Source of the DNA: Oscillospiraceae bacterium
GTDB taxonomy: Bacteria; Bacillota; Clostridia; Oscillospirales; Oscillospiraceae
Length of the DNA stretch: 53,176 nt
Direction of reading: 5' to 3'
Assembly: GCA_021442665.1 (NCBI GenBank)
Contig: JABUSQ010000026.1
Coordinates: 1 to 53,176, forward strand
This document shows, piece after piece, positions 16,120 through 25,321 of this stretch. Both the position numbers and the translations under genes were made by a program. The notes beneath the pieces were generated by a model. The model saw only the letters and a program-made list of their open reading frames with translations, did not search any database and was not told the origin of the DNA. The stretch's first letter is position 1. Every line of letters starts with the position of its first letter.

Positions 16120-17717
16120 ACATGCTGAAGGCTCTGTTTAGAAAGCAGTTCATGGAGCTGACCACCTTCATGTTCATGGACAGAAAGACGGGGAAGCTCC
16201 GCAGCAAAGGGAAGATTGTACTCACCATCGTGGGCTACGTCGCACTGATGCTTTATCTTGCGGCAATGATGTTCCTGATGTGCCGTGCCTTTGCCGCTCT
16301 GCTGTATACCGGGCAGGCGTGGCTGTACTACTCACTGACGGGTATGGCAGCCATCATGCTGGGCGTATTCGGCAGTGTATTCAACACCTATTCGGGCATG
16401 TACCACTCCAAGGACAATGAGCTCCTGCTGTCCATGCCCATTCCACCGTCGAAAATACTTGCGGCGAGGCTCTCCGGCGTTGCTGCCATGGCTCTGATGT
16501 TTGAAGCAGTGGTATTCATACCCGCTATCATCGTGCGTTTTGTCTATGCGCCGGTGACTCCGACCGTGGTGATATTCTCTCTGCTCATCATGCTGACGGC
16601 GCTGGTCATCATTCTGGTGATAACCTGCTTCCTAGGCTGGATAATCGCCGTTGTTGCGGCAAAATTCAAAAACCGCAGCTTCCTCACTGTGATTTTTGCG
16701 CTGGTATTTTTTGCTCTGTATTATTACTTCTTCTCTCAGTCATATAATATCATTCAGAACCTCATCACCAGCAGCGATGAAGTGGGCGATGCGCTGAGAA
16801 CATGGGTCTACCCCTTCTACCTCATGGGTATGGCGGGCGAGGGCGATGCGGTCAGCATGCTGCTGTTTATCCTCATTGCCGCGTTTCTGTTTGCGCTGAC
16901 GTGGTTTATCCTGTCCCGGACCTTCGTGTCCATCACCACCAGAAAAGAAACCGTGGCGAAGAAGGTCTACAGGGAAAAGACGGTAAAGGCTGCGTCCGCC
17001 GACAAGGCTCTGCTCCGTAAGGAGCTCAAACGCTTCACCTCCAGCGCAAACTATATGCTCAACACCGCTCTGGGCAGCGCATTCATGGTGGCAGGTGCGG
17101 TGGCCCTCTTGATATTTAAAAATGACCTTGCTCCGCTGGCACTGCTGCTTGAGGAATCCGGCTACGGCGATATGAAGGCACTTATCGTTGCGGCGATTCC
17201 TATGATTGTCGGTGCTATGAACGACATAAGCGCGCCCTCTGTATCTCTGGAGGGGAAAAACATATGGATTGTCCAATCTCTTCCCGTTCCCACGGACAGG
17301 GTGCTGGAGGCAAAGCTCCGGCTGCACAGACTCATAACCCTGCCTCCAGCAATTCTGCTGGCAGCGGCAAGCGTGTACGTCCTCAGACCCTCCGCAGTTG
17401 ATTCGGTCTGCGCCGTCCTTGCGACGGTGGTGTTTGTTTACCTGACCGCAGCATTCGGTCTGGTGATGAATCTCAAGCGCCCCAACCTCACATGGACAAA
17501 CGAGAGTATCCCGGTGAAGACCGGCTTTGCTCCCTTTGTGGCTATTTTCGGATCCTGGGCTTTGGTGGCATTATTCTGCATCGGCGGCTTCCTGCTGAGA
17601 AATAAATTTGCATCGGTCATTTACGTGCTGATATTTGCGATGCTTATGCTTGGAGCGACTGCGCTGCTTACCCGCTGGGTACGGCGCAAGGGCGTGCAGA
17701 TATTCGAGGAGCTGTGA
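16116..17717 (+). CDS. Large polytopic membrane protein, putative ABC exporter permease
   Basis: 533 aa with many TM segments. ATGA overlap with the ATPase gene. No specific motif recognised. Confidence 0.65.
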   Translation: MNMLKALFRKQFMELTTFMFMDRKTGKLRSKGKIVLTIVGYVALMLYLAAMMFLMCRAFAALLYTGQAWLYYSLTGMAAIMLGVFGSVFNTYSGMYHSKDNELLLSMPIPPSKILAARLSGVAAMALMFEAVVFIPAIIVRFVYAPVTPTVVIFSLLIMLTALVIILVITCFLGWIIAVVAAKFKNRSFLTVIFALVFFALYYYFFSQSYNIIQNLITSSDEVGDALRTWVYPFYLMGMAGEGDAVSMLLFILIAAFLFALTWFILSRTFVSITTRKETVAKKVYREKTVKAASADKALLRKELKRFTSSANYMLNTALGSAFMVAGAVALLIFKNDLAPLALLLEESGYGDMKALIVAAIPMIVGAMNDISAPSVSLEGKNIWIVQSLPVPTDRVLEAKLRLHRLITLPPAILLAAASVYVLRPSAVDSVCAVLATVVFVYLTAAFGLVMNLKRPNLTWTNESIPVKTGFAPFVAIFGSWALVALFCIGGFLLRNKFASVIYVLIFAMLMLGATALLTRWVRRKGVQIFEEL

Positions 17718-17718
17718 T

Positions 17719-17931
17719 ATGGAGATAGAATGCGGAAGATACCGCCATTTCAAGGGCAGGGAGTACGAGGTGCTGGGTATGGCGCATCACTCCGAGACCG
17801 AGGAGGAAATGGTCATCTACCGGGCGCTCTACGGAGAACGGGGTATATGGGTCCGCCCTGCGGACATGTGGAACGACACCGTCACCCGGGACGGCGTCAG
17901 CTTTAGGCGTTTTACGAAAATCGAAGACTGA
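17719..17931 (+). CDS. DUF1653-like small protein
   Basis: I placed the start at the internal ATG 17719, directly after the permease stop. RYRHFKGREYEVLGMAHHSETEEEMVIYRALYGE...WVRP matches the DUF1653 pattern. Confidence 0.65.
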   Translation: MEIECGRYRHFKGREYEVLGMAHHSETEEEMVIYRALYGERGIWVRPADMWNDTVTRDGVSFRRFTKIED

Positions 17932-17938
17932 AAAACCG

Positions 17939-17976
17939 ACTCCGCAGCGCACGTTCGTTTGTGCTGCGGAGTTTTG
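17939..17976 (+). terminator. Intrinsic terminator
   Basis: Stem ctccgcagc.cac / gtgctgcggag followed by tttt. It lies 8 nt after the DUF1653 stop. Confidence 0.55.
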
Positions 17977-18155
17977 CAGAATTCATTCCCGCCCTCCCGG
18001 TTACACCGCAGCAGACCCGGAATATACCCGAACGGTTCAGTGCTGCGGGAGGAGCTCGTCATCAATGCTTCTGCTCCAAAATTCAAACAAAGGTTAATGG
18101 TGATTAACCAGACGTGAAAAAGAGTGCCTTTGCAGGATGCTCTAAAGTTCAGCAA

Positions 18156-18201
18156 AACAGGAAAACGGTGCAGCCCGTTCGGGCTGCACCGTTTTCCTGT
18201 T
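18156..18201. terminator. Bidirectional intrinsic terminator (perfect 21-bp palindrome)
   Basis: aacaggaaaacggtgcagccc-gttc-gggctgcaccgttttcctgtt. A GC-rich core is followed by a U-rich tract in both orientations. It ends 4 nt from the CoA-transferase stop. Confidence 0.7.
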
Positions 18202-18204
18202 ATA

Positions 18205-19401
18205 TCAGATTATGTTACTCGCATAGAGCTCGTTTAGAGCCGCCTCATCGAGACCGAGCAGTTCCCCGTAAACGGCGGCGTTGTCTTGACCGAGAGACGG
18301 CGCGGGGCGGTTAATGACGGCCGTGGTGTCCAACAGCTTCACAGGGTTTCCGTTAACCTTCATTTCCCCTATAATCGGATGAACAATTGGTACGAACATT
18401 TCTCGCGCGCCTGCGATGTGTTCGTCTTCAGTAACCCGGGACAGCCCGTTTATCGGGGCGGCGGGCACGCCTGCGGCGTCAATTATTGCAACGCATTCAT
18501 CTACAGTATGCAGACTTGTCCACTTTTCCACCTCTGCCTTCAGGGCGACATGATTTTCACAGCGTGCGGGATTCGAACTGAAACGATCGTCATCAAGCAG
18601 ATCCTCACGCATCAGAGCCTTGGTGCAAAGAAGCTTAAACAGCTTGTCGTTACCGCAGCCTATGACGAAGCGGCCGTCGGATGCGGTGAACGCGTCGTAA
18701 GGGTATGCTGAGGCATAGCGGTTGCCGATGAGCTCCGGATTTTTGCCGGAGGCAAAGTAGCGCTGAGTGCCTGTCTCAAGGCTTGCCACAACAGAGTCAA
18801 CAAGGGATACATCGACACGCTGGCCCCGTCCTGTTAGGGTTCTTGCGTGGAGTGCGGTTAACACGCCGATGGTGAGATTCATTCCGCCGAGAACGTCGCC
18901 CATAGCATTGCCTACACGCAGAGGATTGCCGCCGGCTTCGCCGGTGATGCTCATGAGTCCTCCGGTTGCCTGCGCGATGATATCGTACCCGGGGCGCTGG
19001 CTGTAAGGTCCGTAGCAGCCGAAGCCCGAAACGGCCGCGTAAATAATCCGGTCATTGACATTCTTGAGTACATCATATCCCAAGCCGAGCTTATCCATAA
19101 CACCCGGCCGGTAGTTTTCAACAATTACATCCGCTTTTTTGACCATATCGAGGAAAATTTTTTTACCCTCTTCTGTCTTGAGATTAAGCGTTATGCCTTT
19201 CTTCCCGCGGTTCACGTTTGCATAGTACATGCTCTCGCCGTTTTTGAAGGGCCCCATGCCTCTCGTGTCATCGCCCTTACCGGGTACTTCTATCTTTATT
19301 ACGTTTGCGCCGTAATCGGCTAGCATCATGGTGCAGTAGGGCCCTGCCAGAACTCTGGTGAGGTCGAGAACGGTAATATCCTGTAAAGCTGAAATATTCA
19401 T
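18205..19401 (-). CDS. Family III CoA-transferase (CaiB/BaiF/Frc type)
   Basis: 398 aa. ITVLDLTRVLAGPYCTMMLADYGANVIKIE is the family III N-terminal signature. GYDIIAQATGGLMSITG follows it. GGAG RBS. Confidence 0.85.
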   Translation of the reverse strand: MNISALQDITVLDLTRVLAGPYCTMMLADYGANVIKIEVPGKGDDTRGMGPFKNGESMYYANVNRGKKGITLNLKTEEGKKIFLDMVKKADVIVENYRPGVMDKLGLGYDVLKNVNDRIIYAAVSGFGCYGPYSQRPGYDIIAQATGGLMSITGEAGGNPLRVGNAMGDVLGGMNLTIGVLTALHARTLTGRGQRVDVSLVDSVVASLETGTQRYFASGKNPELIGNRYASAYPYDAFTASDGRFVIGCGNDKLFKLLCTKALMREDLLDDDRFSSNPARCENHVALKAEVEKWTSLHTVDECVAIIDAAGVPAAPINGLSRVTEDEHIAGAREMFVPIVHPIIGEMKVNGNPVKLLDTTAVINRPAPSLGQDNAAVYGELLGLDEAALNELYASNII

Positions 19402-19418
19402 AGTTTAATCTCCGCTTA

Positions 19419-20324
19419 TCAGCAGCAGGGCTGCTTTGATTCATTTATACAAATTTGATGTCCGCTGTAAATACCGTCAACAAAGCTTTTCTGATATTTC
19501 GAAAGAGCAAGGAGCTTATCAAAATCGATCCCTGTATCATAGCCCATTTTTTCCAGCATATAAACGAGATCCTCCGTTGCAGTATTGCCCGATGCTCCGG
19601 GAGCGAAGGGGCAGCCGCCGAGACCACCGAGCGTGGACTGGACTGTGCTTATACCGCACTCAATGGCGGCCAGAGTGTTTACGAGTCCCATGCCTCTGGT
19701 GTCGTGAATATGTATCTGAAGCTCTGCCTCGGGGAGGGCTTCTCTGAGTGCAGTTACTATGCGGCGCACGAGTCCGGGATCTGCCACGCCGATGGTATCT
19801 GCAGGGTACATTTTACGAACGCCAGCGTCCCAGAGCCGTTCGGCAAAGGCAACAACCTTTGCAACGCTCTGCTCGCCCTCGAAGGGACATCCGAGCGCTG
19901 TTGCCATACCAACGGTAATGTCAACGTTCGGGAAGTCTCTTATTATTTGCTCAAGGTCGGCAAAGGATTGGTCGTGACTGCGATTTATATTCCTCATATT
20001 GTGCTTTTCGCTGACAGAGATGACATAAGACATATGCCTCACTCCGGCGGCGTAAGCATTCTCCACGCCCCGTCTGTTAGGAGTAAGCGCGTATAGCTCC
20101 AGCTGAGGGTATTTTTCAGTACAGATTCTCGAAATCTCTGCCGCATCGGCCATCTGGGGAATTGCCTTGGGGCTGACGAAGGAGGTTATCTCCATCTTGG
20201 TTACACCGGTGCTGATGAGACCGTCGATAATCTCGAGCTTCTTTTCTGTGGGCAGGAACTGTTTAAGGTTCTGAAAGCCGTCACGGGGTCCTACCTCTAA
20301 AATGCTGATTTTTTTCTTATTCAT
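19419..20324 (-). CDS. HMG-CoA-lyase-like (HMGL family) acyl-CoA lyase
   Basis: 301 aa. ILEVGPRDGFQN, TSFVSPKAIPQMAD and the metal motif HIHDTRGMG. ATGA overlap with the upstream gene. Confidence 0.85.
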   Translation of the reverse strand: MNKKKISILEVGPRDGFQNLKQFLPTEKKLEIIDGLISTGVTKMEITSFVSPKAIPQMADAAEISRICTEKYPQLELYALTPNRRGVENAYAAGVRHMSYVISVSEKHNMRNINRSHDQSFADLEQIIRDFPNVDITVGMATALGCPFEGEQSVAKVVAFAERLWDAGVRKMYPADTIGVADPGLVRRIVTALREALPEAELQIHIHDTRGMGLVNTLAAIECGISTVQSTLGGLGGCPFAPGASGNTATEDLVYMLEKMGYDTGIDFDKLLALSKYQKSFVDGIYSGHQICINESKQPCC

Positions 20325-20839
20325 AATTCTTCCTGACTAATTGCCGAGGCCTGAGCCTTTCCGGCGATATAGTTCATTAGGCCTCCTTTTTCGATAATTT
20401 CCATTATAAAAGGAGGAAACACTTCAACAGCATACTCCTCATTGAGAGTTTGATTAAATATTACACCTTGCTCAAGGTCTATTTTCAGCTCGTCACCTGT
20501 GCGTATCCTGCGGCTTGCCTCTTCTGACTGAAGAATAGGCAGACCTATATTGATAGAGTTCCTGTAAAAAATACGCGCAAAGCTTTCTGCAACGACAGCT
20601 GAGATCCCTGAGGCCTTTATTACTGCCGGCGCGTGTTCCCTTGAAGAACCGCATCCGAAATTTGAACCGGCAACAATAACATCGCATTTTTTTACTCTTC
20701 CGGCAAATTCCGGATCAATATCCGACATGCAGTAAGGGACAAGCTCCTCCATGACTGAGTTTGTTAAGTATCTTGCCGGGATAATAACATCGGTGTCTAT
20801 GTTATCTCCGTATTTGTGTGCTGTTCCCTGTAAAATCAT
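20321..20839 (-). CDS. Aconitase-family dehydratase small subunit (LeuD-like)
   Basis: I placed the start at the internal ATG 20839, overlapping the large-subunit stop (ATGA). DNIDTDVIIPARYL and GSNFGCGSSREHA motifs. Confidence 0.8.
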   Translation of the reverse strand: MILQGTAHKYGDNIDTDVIIPARYLTNSVMEELVPYCMSDIDPEFAGRVKKCDVIVAGSNFGCGSSREHAPAVIKASGISAVVAESFARIFYRNSINIGLPILQSEEASRRIRTGDELKIDLEQGVIFNQTLNEEYAVEVFPPFIMEIIEKGGLMNYIAGKAQASAISQEEL

Positions 20840-22098
20840 AGAAACCTCCTCGGATCGGTAAGCCTGCCGCATATTGCGGATGCGGCAGCTGTAGCCGGGC
20901 TTGCAAGTATAATCTTTGAAGTAACGGGCCCCATGCGTCCGATAAAATTCCTGTTGGTCGTTGAGACCGCCCACTCATCATCGGACAGAACGCCCATGTG
21001 ACCGCCGCAGCACGGACCGCAGGTGGGGGTGGAAACGGCACAGCCTGAATTTACAAATACTTCAACAAGACCTTCTCTGATTGCATCGGAATAGATTTTC
21101 TGCGTTGCCGGGATAATGAGACACCTCACGTTTTCGGAGACTTTGCGTCCCCTAAGTATTTCGGCTGCAGCACGCAGGTCATCAATACGTCCGTTTGTGC
21201 AGGAGCCAATAACTACCTGTTGGATAATAATATCCTCTGTATCGCACACTTTTTTTACGTTGGAAGGAAGATGAGGCATTGCAGCCACCGGGACAAGCTC
21301 ATCCAGATTGATTTCTACGGAGTACGCGTATTCTGCGTCCTCATCAGCCTGTAAAGTCGAAAAAGTTTTGCCCACGGTTTCCTTCAGATATGTGTTTGTA
21401 ATATCGTCTACGGGAAAGATGCCGTTTTTTGCACCGGCTTCAATTGCCATATTGCAGACGGTGAATCTGTCGTCCATGCCCAGCGAGGAAATGCCTTCCC
21501 CGGTAAATTCTATTGATTTGTACCGGGCACCGTCAACTCCTATTATTCCTATAAGCTCAAGAATCACATCTTTACCGCTGACGCCCGGCTGCAAGCTTCC
21601 CGACAGAACCACCTTAACTGCCTCAGGAATCTGAAACCAAAGCTTTCCCGCAGCCATAGCAGCAGCAGCGTCCGTTGAGCCGACGCCCGTTGAGAATGCA
21701 CCAAGCGCACCGTAGGTGCAGGTGTGAGAGTCCGCTCCTATAACAAGCATTCCGGGACGGATATAGCCTTTTTCAGGAAGAAGAGCGTGCTCTATGCCCA
21801 TTCTGCCCACATCGTAAAAGTTTTTGATGCCATGCTCAACGGCAAAACTCCTTGCTCTGCTGCACAGCTGAGCTGTTTTTATATCTTTACAGGGCGTGTA
21901 ATGATCCAGTACAATCACTACCCTGTCGCTGTCATGGAGTGTTTTTATGTTAGATTTGCCAAGAACATCGGCAATAACCGAGGTCATAATATCATTGCTC
22001 AGCACGAGATCCACTTCAAGCTCCGCAAGCTGCCCGGCATGAACTTCTGACTTCCCGGCTTTTTCTGCGAGTATTTTCTGTGTAAGAGTCATTCCCAT
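20836..22098 (-). CDS. Aconitase-family dehydratase large subunit (LeuC/homoaconitase-like)
   Basis: 420 aa. MTLTQKIL start, DHYTP, IGADSHT and Fe-S ligand contexts GSCTNGR and TCGPCCGGHMG. GGAG RBS. Confidence 0.85.
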   Translation of the reverse strand: MGMTLTQKILAEKAGKSEVHAGQLAELEVDLVLSNDIMTSVIADVLGKSNIKTLHDSDRVVIVLDHYTPCKDIKTAQLCSRARSFAVEHGIKNFYDVGRMGIEHALLPEKGYIRPGMLVIGADSHTCTYGALGAFSTGVGSTDAAAAMAAGKLWFQIPEAVKVVLSGSLQPGVSGKDVILELIGIIGVDGARYKSIEFTGEGISSLGMDDRFTVCNMAIEAGAKNGIFPVDDITNTYLKETVGKTFSTLQADEDAEYAYSVEINLDELVPVAAMPHLPSNVKKVCDTEDIIIQQVVIGSCTNGRIDDLRAAAEILRGRKVSENVRCLIIPATQKIYSDAIREGLVEVFVNSGCAVSTPTCGPCCGGHMGVLSDDEWAVSTTNRNFIGRMGPVTSKIILASPATAAASAICGRLTDPRRFL

Positions 22099-22112
22099 AA
22101 TTTATCTCCTAT

Positions 22113-22148
22113 GCAGATGGAAGCTGCGCATCGACAGCTTCCATCTGC
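22113..22148 (-). other. Intra-operon perfect 14-bp stem-loop without a sense-strand U-tract
   Basis: gcagatggaagctg-cgcatcga-cagcttccatctgc. It sits between the transporter stop (22163) and the LeuC-like start (22098). On the coding (minus) strand it is followed by ATAGGAGAT (the RBS), not by U residues. Confidence 0.5.
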
Positions 22149-22162
22149 TTTTCGGTAGTTAA

Positions 22163-23404
22163 TTAGTAGAAGAGTCCGTAGATTCCCAAAGCGGAGGCCG
22201 CGGTGGCAAGTACGGTGAAGACGATTGCTGCGATAAGCAGGACATTGAACATGCGGTTGGGGTTTACGCTGCCTTCGGGCGTGCAGCCGATGCACATGGC
22301 GCCTATGCTGCTGAGAGGGCTGATAACAACGCCGTGAGTTCCCACAACGATGCCGACGCACATGGCGTAGAGATCAAGAGAAGAATTGCCTGCGGCAAGC
22401 TCGCCTGCAAGGGGGAACATGGTGGGCATTACAACGCCGGTGGAGCTTGAAACTGCGCCCATAAGGCCGCTGAGAACCGTCATGACAGGCTGAGCATTCT
22501 TTTCGTTGAGAATGTTGGACATTGCGTCCTGCAGAAGCTGGAAGCCGCCTGCTGCTACAACTACATTTATGAAGACGCCCATGCCGCAGATGAGGAACAG
22601 GGTGTTCCAGGGAATAGAAAGGATAACCTTCTTCTGATCCGCCGCATTGAAGATAAGAAGCAGTGCCGCAAATACCACGCACACAAGACCTACATCATAC
22701 TTGAAGGTCACAAGAATAATGATTACCACTGCTATGACCGCGAGAGTAAGCTTCTGCATTTTGTTAAAAGGAGCGGGTTTCTCGAGGAAGGCCACGGTAT
22801 TTTCCGACTTGCCCAGCTTCCAGCCCTTGAACACGATCCAGATGAGTACGGAGAACAGTATCATGCTTACGGCGTAGGCTGCCCACATGGGAGTATAATT
22901 TATTGCTCCCTGCTCTGCGGAAAGAGCCTTTGCAACAATGCCGTTTACCGCAAGAGGAGAAAGAGAACCCGCCATAATAAGGCACATCACGATGAGAGCG
23001 GTCATAAGAACGTCAAGTCCGCTTGCTATGGCAACGCTCAGAGCGATGGGCATTACGATGAGAAGCACGAAGCAGGAGCCGCCGGCAGCGGAAAGGACAC
23101 CGCCAACAGCACCGAAAACAAAGGGCAGTCCGCGAACTTTTCCGCGGCAGTAGTACATTACGTTTTTGGTAATGGCTTCGGTAGTTCCGTTAACATTAGC
23201 AACGCCGAACAGCAGGGTTGATGCAATGATGACAAAGAACACATATGTCGGCCAGCCGGCAACGTATATTTCCTTTGCGCTCATTCCCACAAAGAAGAAG
23301 CCGAAAACGGACGCAACAGCAAGACCGATGATGCCGATGTTTTTCTTGGTGATGATTCCCAGAACGATAACTGCAACAAAGAGAAGCAATGATATAACAG
23401 CCAT
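22163..23404 (-). CDS. Polytopic anion permease, ion-transporter-superfamily-like (CitMHS/DASS/ArsB-like)
   Basis: 413 aa, about 10-12 TM segments. Two-lobed layout with a hydrophilic central linker (KLGKSENTVAFLEKPAPFNKMQK). GGAGG RBS. The family assignment is by overall look only. Confidence 0.5.
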   Translation of the reverse strand: MAVISLLLFVAVIVLGIITKKNIGIIGLAVASVFGFFFVGMSAKEIYVAGWPTYVFFVIIASTLLFGVANVNGTTEAITKNVMYYCRGKVRGLPFVFGAVGGVLSAAGGSCFVLLIVMPIALSVAIASGLDVLMTALIVMCLIMAGSLSPLAVNGIVAKALSAEQGAINYTPMWAAYAVSMILFSVLIWIVFKGWKLGKSENTVAFLEKPAPFNKMQKLTLAVIAVVIIILVTFKYDVGLVCVVFAALLLIFNAADQKKVILSIPWNTLFLICGMGVFINVVVAAGGFQLLQDAMSNILNEKNAQPVMTVLSGLMGAVSSSTGVVMPTMFPLAGELAAGNSSLDLYAMCVGIVVGTHGVVISPLSSIGAMCIGCTPEGSVNPNRMFNVLLIAAIVFTVLATAASALGIYGLFY

Positions 23405-23440
23405 TTTATAATCCTCCTAATTTCACTTAATACTATAGAC

Positions 23441-25321
23441 TCAGACGGTCATGTTTGCGGCGCACTCCGCACCGGACAGGATAGCTTTGAATGCGGTTGA
23501 AACTTCCCTGGCATCGCCGATAGTAAATACCTCAACGTCAGGAATTGCCTCTTTGAGCTTTGCTTCAAGGTCGTTGACCTTTACGCGGCCGAAAGCCATA
23601 ATTGCGGAGTCAAAGCCGCCCAGCTCATAAGCATAATCTCCTGCGGAAACCGTGACCTCGGGGAGCTTTACAGATAAAAGCTTTGTTCCCACGAGAGTCC
23701 TTACTCCCGCTTTCTGCATACGATTAAAGAAGAAGCCTCTTCTCAGCGGGTGTATCTCAGTGGCAATTTTGGGACCCATTTCAATTATGGTACATTTTTT
23801 TCCTAAGGTGCCAAGATATTCTGCTGTTTCACAGCCCACAAGTCCTCCGCCGAAGACGGCAACATTTTCTCCAACGAGCTGAGGATTCTCAAGGACCTCA
23901 TCCGCGGTGAACACGTTTTTGCCGTCCAGACCCTGAATTGCCGTGGGTACAAGAGGAGCGCTTCCGGTGGCGACAACAACTTTCTTTGCACCTTCTGCAA
24001 GAACAGTCTCCGCAGTTAGCTCCGTATTGAACCTCACCTCCACGTTCAGTTCTCTAAGCTCAGCAATTCTTGCGGAAACGAGGCAATCAAAATCCTCCTT
24101 GCAGGGAGGAATTTTTGCAAAGTTTACCGTGCCGCCGGCGCGGCCGGTCTTTTCAAATACCACAGGCTTGAACCCTCTCCTTGCCAATGCTGCGGCAGCC
24201 TCCATTCCGGCTACGCCCGCTCCGGCAATAAGAACCTTTTCGCCTTTTTTGTTCTCCGGCAGCGGAGTATACTCGAGATAGTCTCCGCGCCCGGTCAGGG
24301 GCTGCTGCATACAGAATATTCTGAGTTTATCATCGCCCTTGCAGCCCTGATAGCAACCGATGCACTGACGTACGGAGAGTCCGGTACCGTACTTGTTAAC
24401 CGCGTTGGGATCGGCAAGAAGAGCTCTGCCCATTGCCACGAAGTCTGCGTCTCCGGATTCAAGGATTTCATTTGCAAGCTCCATCGTTGTAATGCGGTTA
24501 ATAGCAATTACGGGGATGCTGACAGCGTTCTTTATTGCCTTAATGTCGCTGCGGTTAAAGGCTTTGGGTAAATCCATAGGGCCGGATACATATTCCTCGA
24601 GCAGAGATGTACCTGCCGATGCGTTAATCGCTGAAGCTCCGGCCTCCTCAATCAGAGCTGCGACCCTGACGCTGTCCTCGATCGTAATGCCGCCTTCCAT
24701 GTACTCACTGGTGCTCATCTTGAATATGATGGGATAATCGGGACCGACTGCCTCACGCATGGCCTTAACCATATCCACACCCATTTTAGCACGGCCCTTA
24801 TAATCTCCGCCATACTCATCGGTTCTGTGATTGTAGAAGGGGGAGAGGAACTGATGCAGTTCATGACCGTGAGCGCCGTGAAGCTCAACGCCGTCAACGC
24901 CGAACTCCTTTGCTCTTGCAGCGGCAAGTGCATACTGCTCTACGAAGAAGTTTATCTCTTCGACGGGCATAAGGTCGGGTTCCTTTTTGCTTTTGTCCAT
25001 TTCGGTGTGATGCTTGAAGGGGTGGAGCTGGACAAAAAGCAGAGCTCCGTGCTTATGGCAAAGCTCTGCTGCTCTTTCCCAATCCGCGCGGTAGTATTCG
25101 CCGCTGAGAGAAAGACGAGCCATGCTGGGAGGACCGTAGGGGCTGCCGGGGATTGTAACAACAGCAGCGCCGCCTTCGGCTCTGGCCTCAATGTAACGCT
25201 CAAGCTCTCTTGTCATTTTACCTTTTGGGGAAGCGTGATAGTGGCACATTGAGGGGAAAATAATGCGGTTCTTCAGCGTGACGTTTCCGATGCTTGCGGG
25301 CGTCAATACAATGTCTGTCAT
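23441..25321 (-). CDS. Three-domain enoate reductase / NADH:flavin oxidoreductase (OYE FMN + [4Fe-4S] + FAD/NAD(P))
   Basis: I placed the start at ATG 25321 (MTDIVLTPASIGNVTLKNRIIFPSM). The listed 25342 start is a TTG. GVELHGAHGHELHQFL, Cys cluster CIGCYQGC...C, and Rossmann motifs VLIAGAGVAGME and VAVFGGGLVGCE. Confidence 0.85.
   Translation of the reverse strand: MTDIVLTPASIGNVTLKNRIIFPSMCHYHASPKGKMTRELERYIEARAEGGAAVVTIPGSPYGPPSMARLSLSGEYYRADWERAAELCHKHGALLFVQLHPFKHHTEMDKSKKEPDLMPVEEINFFVEQYALAAARAKEFGVDGVELHGAHGHELHQFLSPFYNHRTDEYGGDYKGRAKMGVDMVKAMREAVGPDYPIIFKMSTSEYMEGGITIEDSVRVAALIEEAGASAINASAGTSLLEEYVSGPMDLPKAFNRSDIKAIKNAVSIPVIAINRITTMELANEILESGDADFVAMGRALLADPNAVNKYGTGLSVRQCIGCYQGCKGDDKLRIFCMQQPLTGRGDYLEYTPLPENKKGEKVLIAGAGVAGMEAAAALARRGFKPVVFEKTGRAGGTVNFAKIPPCKEDFDCLVSARIAELRELNVEVRFNTELTAETVLAEGAKKVVVATGSAPLVPTAIQGLDGKNVFTADEVLENPQLVGENVAVFGGGLVGCETAEYLGTLGKKCTIIEMGPKIATEIHPLRRGFFFNRMQKAGVRTLVGTKLLSVKLPEVTVSAGDYAYELGGFDSAIMAFGRVKVNDLEAKLKEAIPDVEVFTIGDAREVSTAFKAILSGAECAANMTV

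Noticed and set aside
17829-18155. 108-aa minus-strand ORF in the convergent spacer.
   Set aside because: It overlaps the DUF1653 gene and its terminator. It has no RBS, and its composition is typical of a chance frame.
18205-25321. Possible bile-acid-inducible (bai) operon, because a BaiF-like family III CoA-transferase and a BaiCD/BaiH-like flavoenzyme occur together.
   Set aside because: There is no BaiB-type CoA ligase, BaiE dehydratase, BaiA SDR or BaiG MFS transporter. Instead there are LeuCD-like and HMG-CoA-lyase-like genes, which do not fit bile-acid 7-dehydroxylation.
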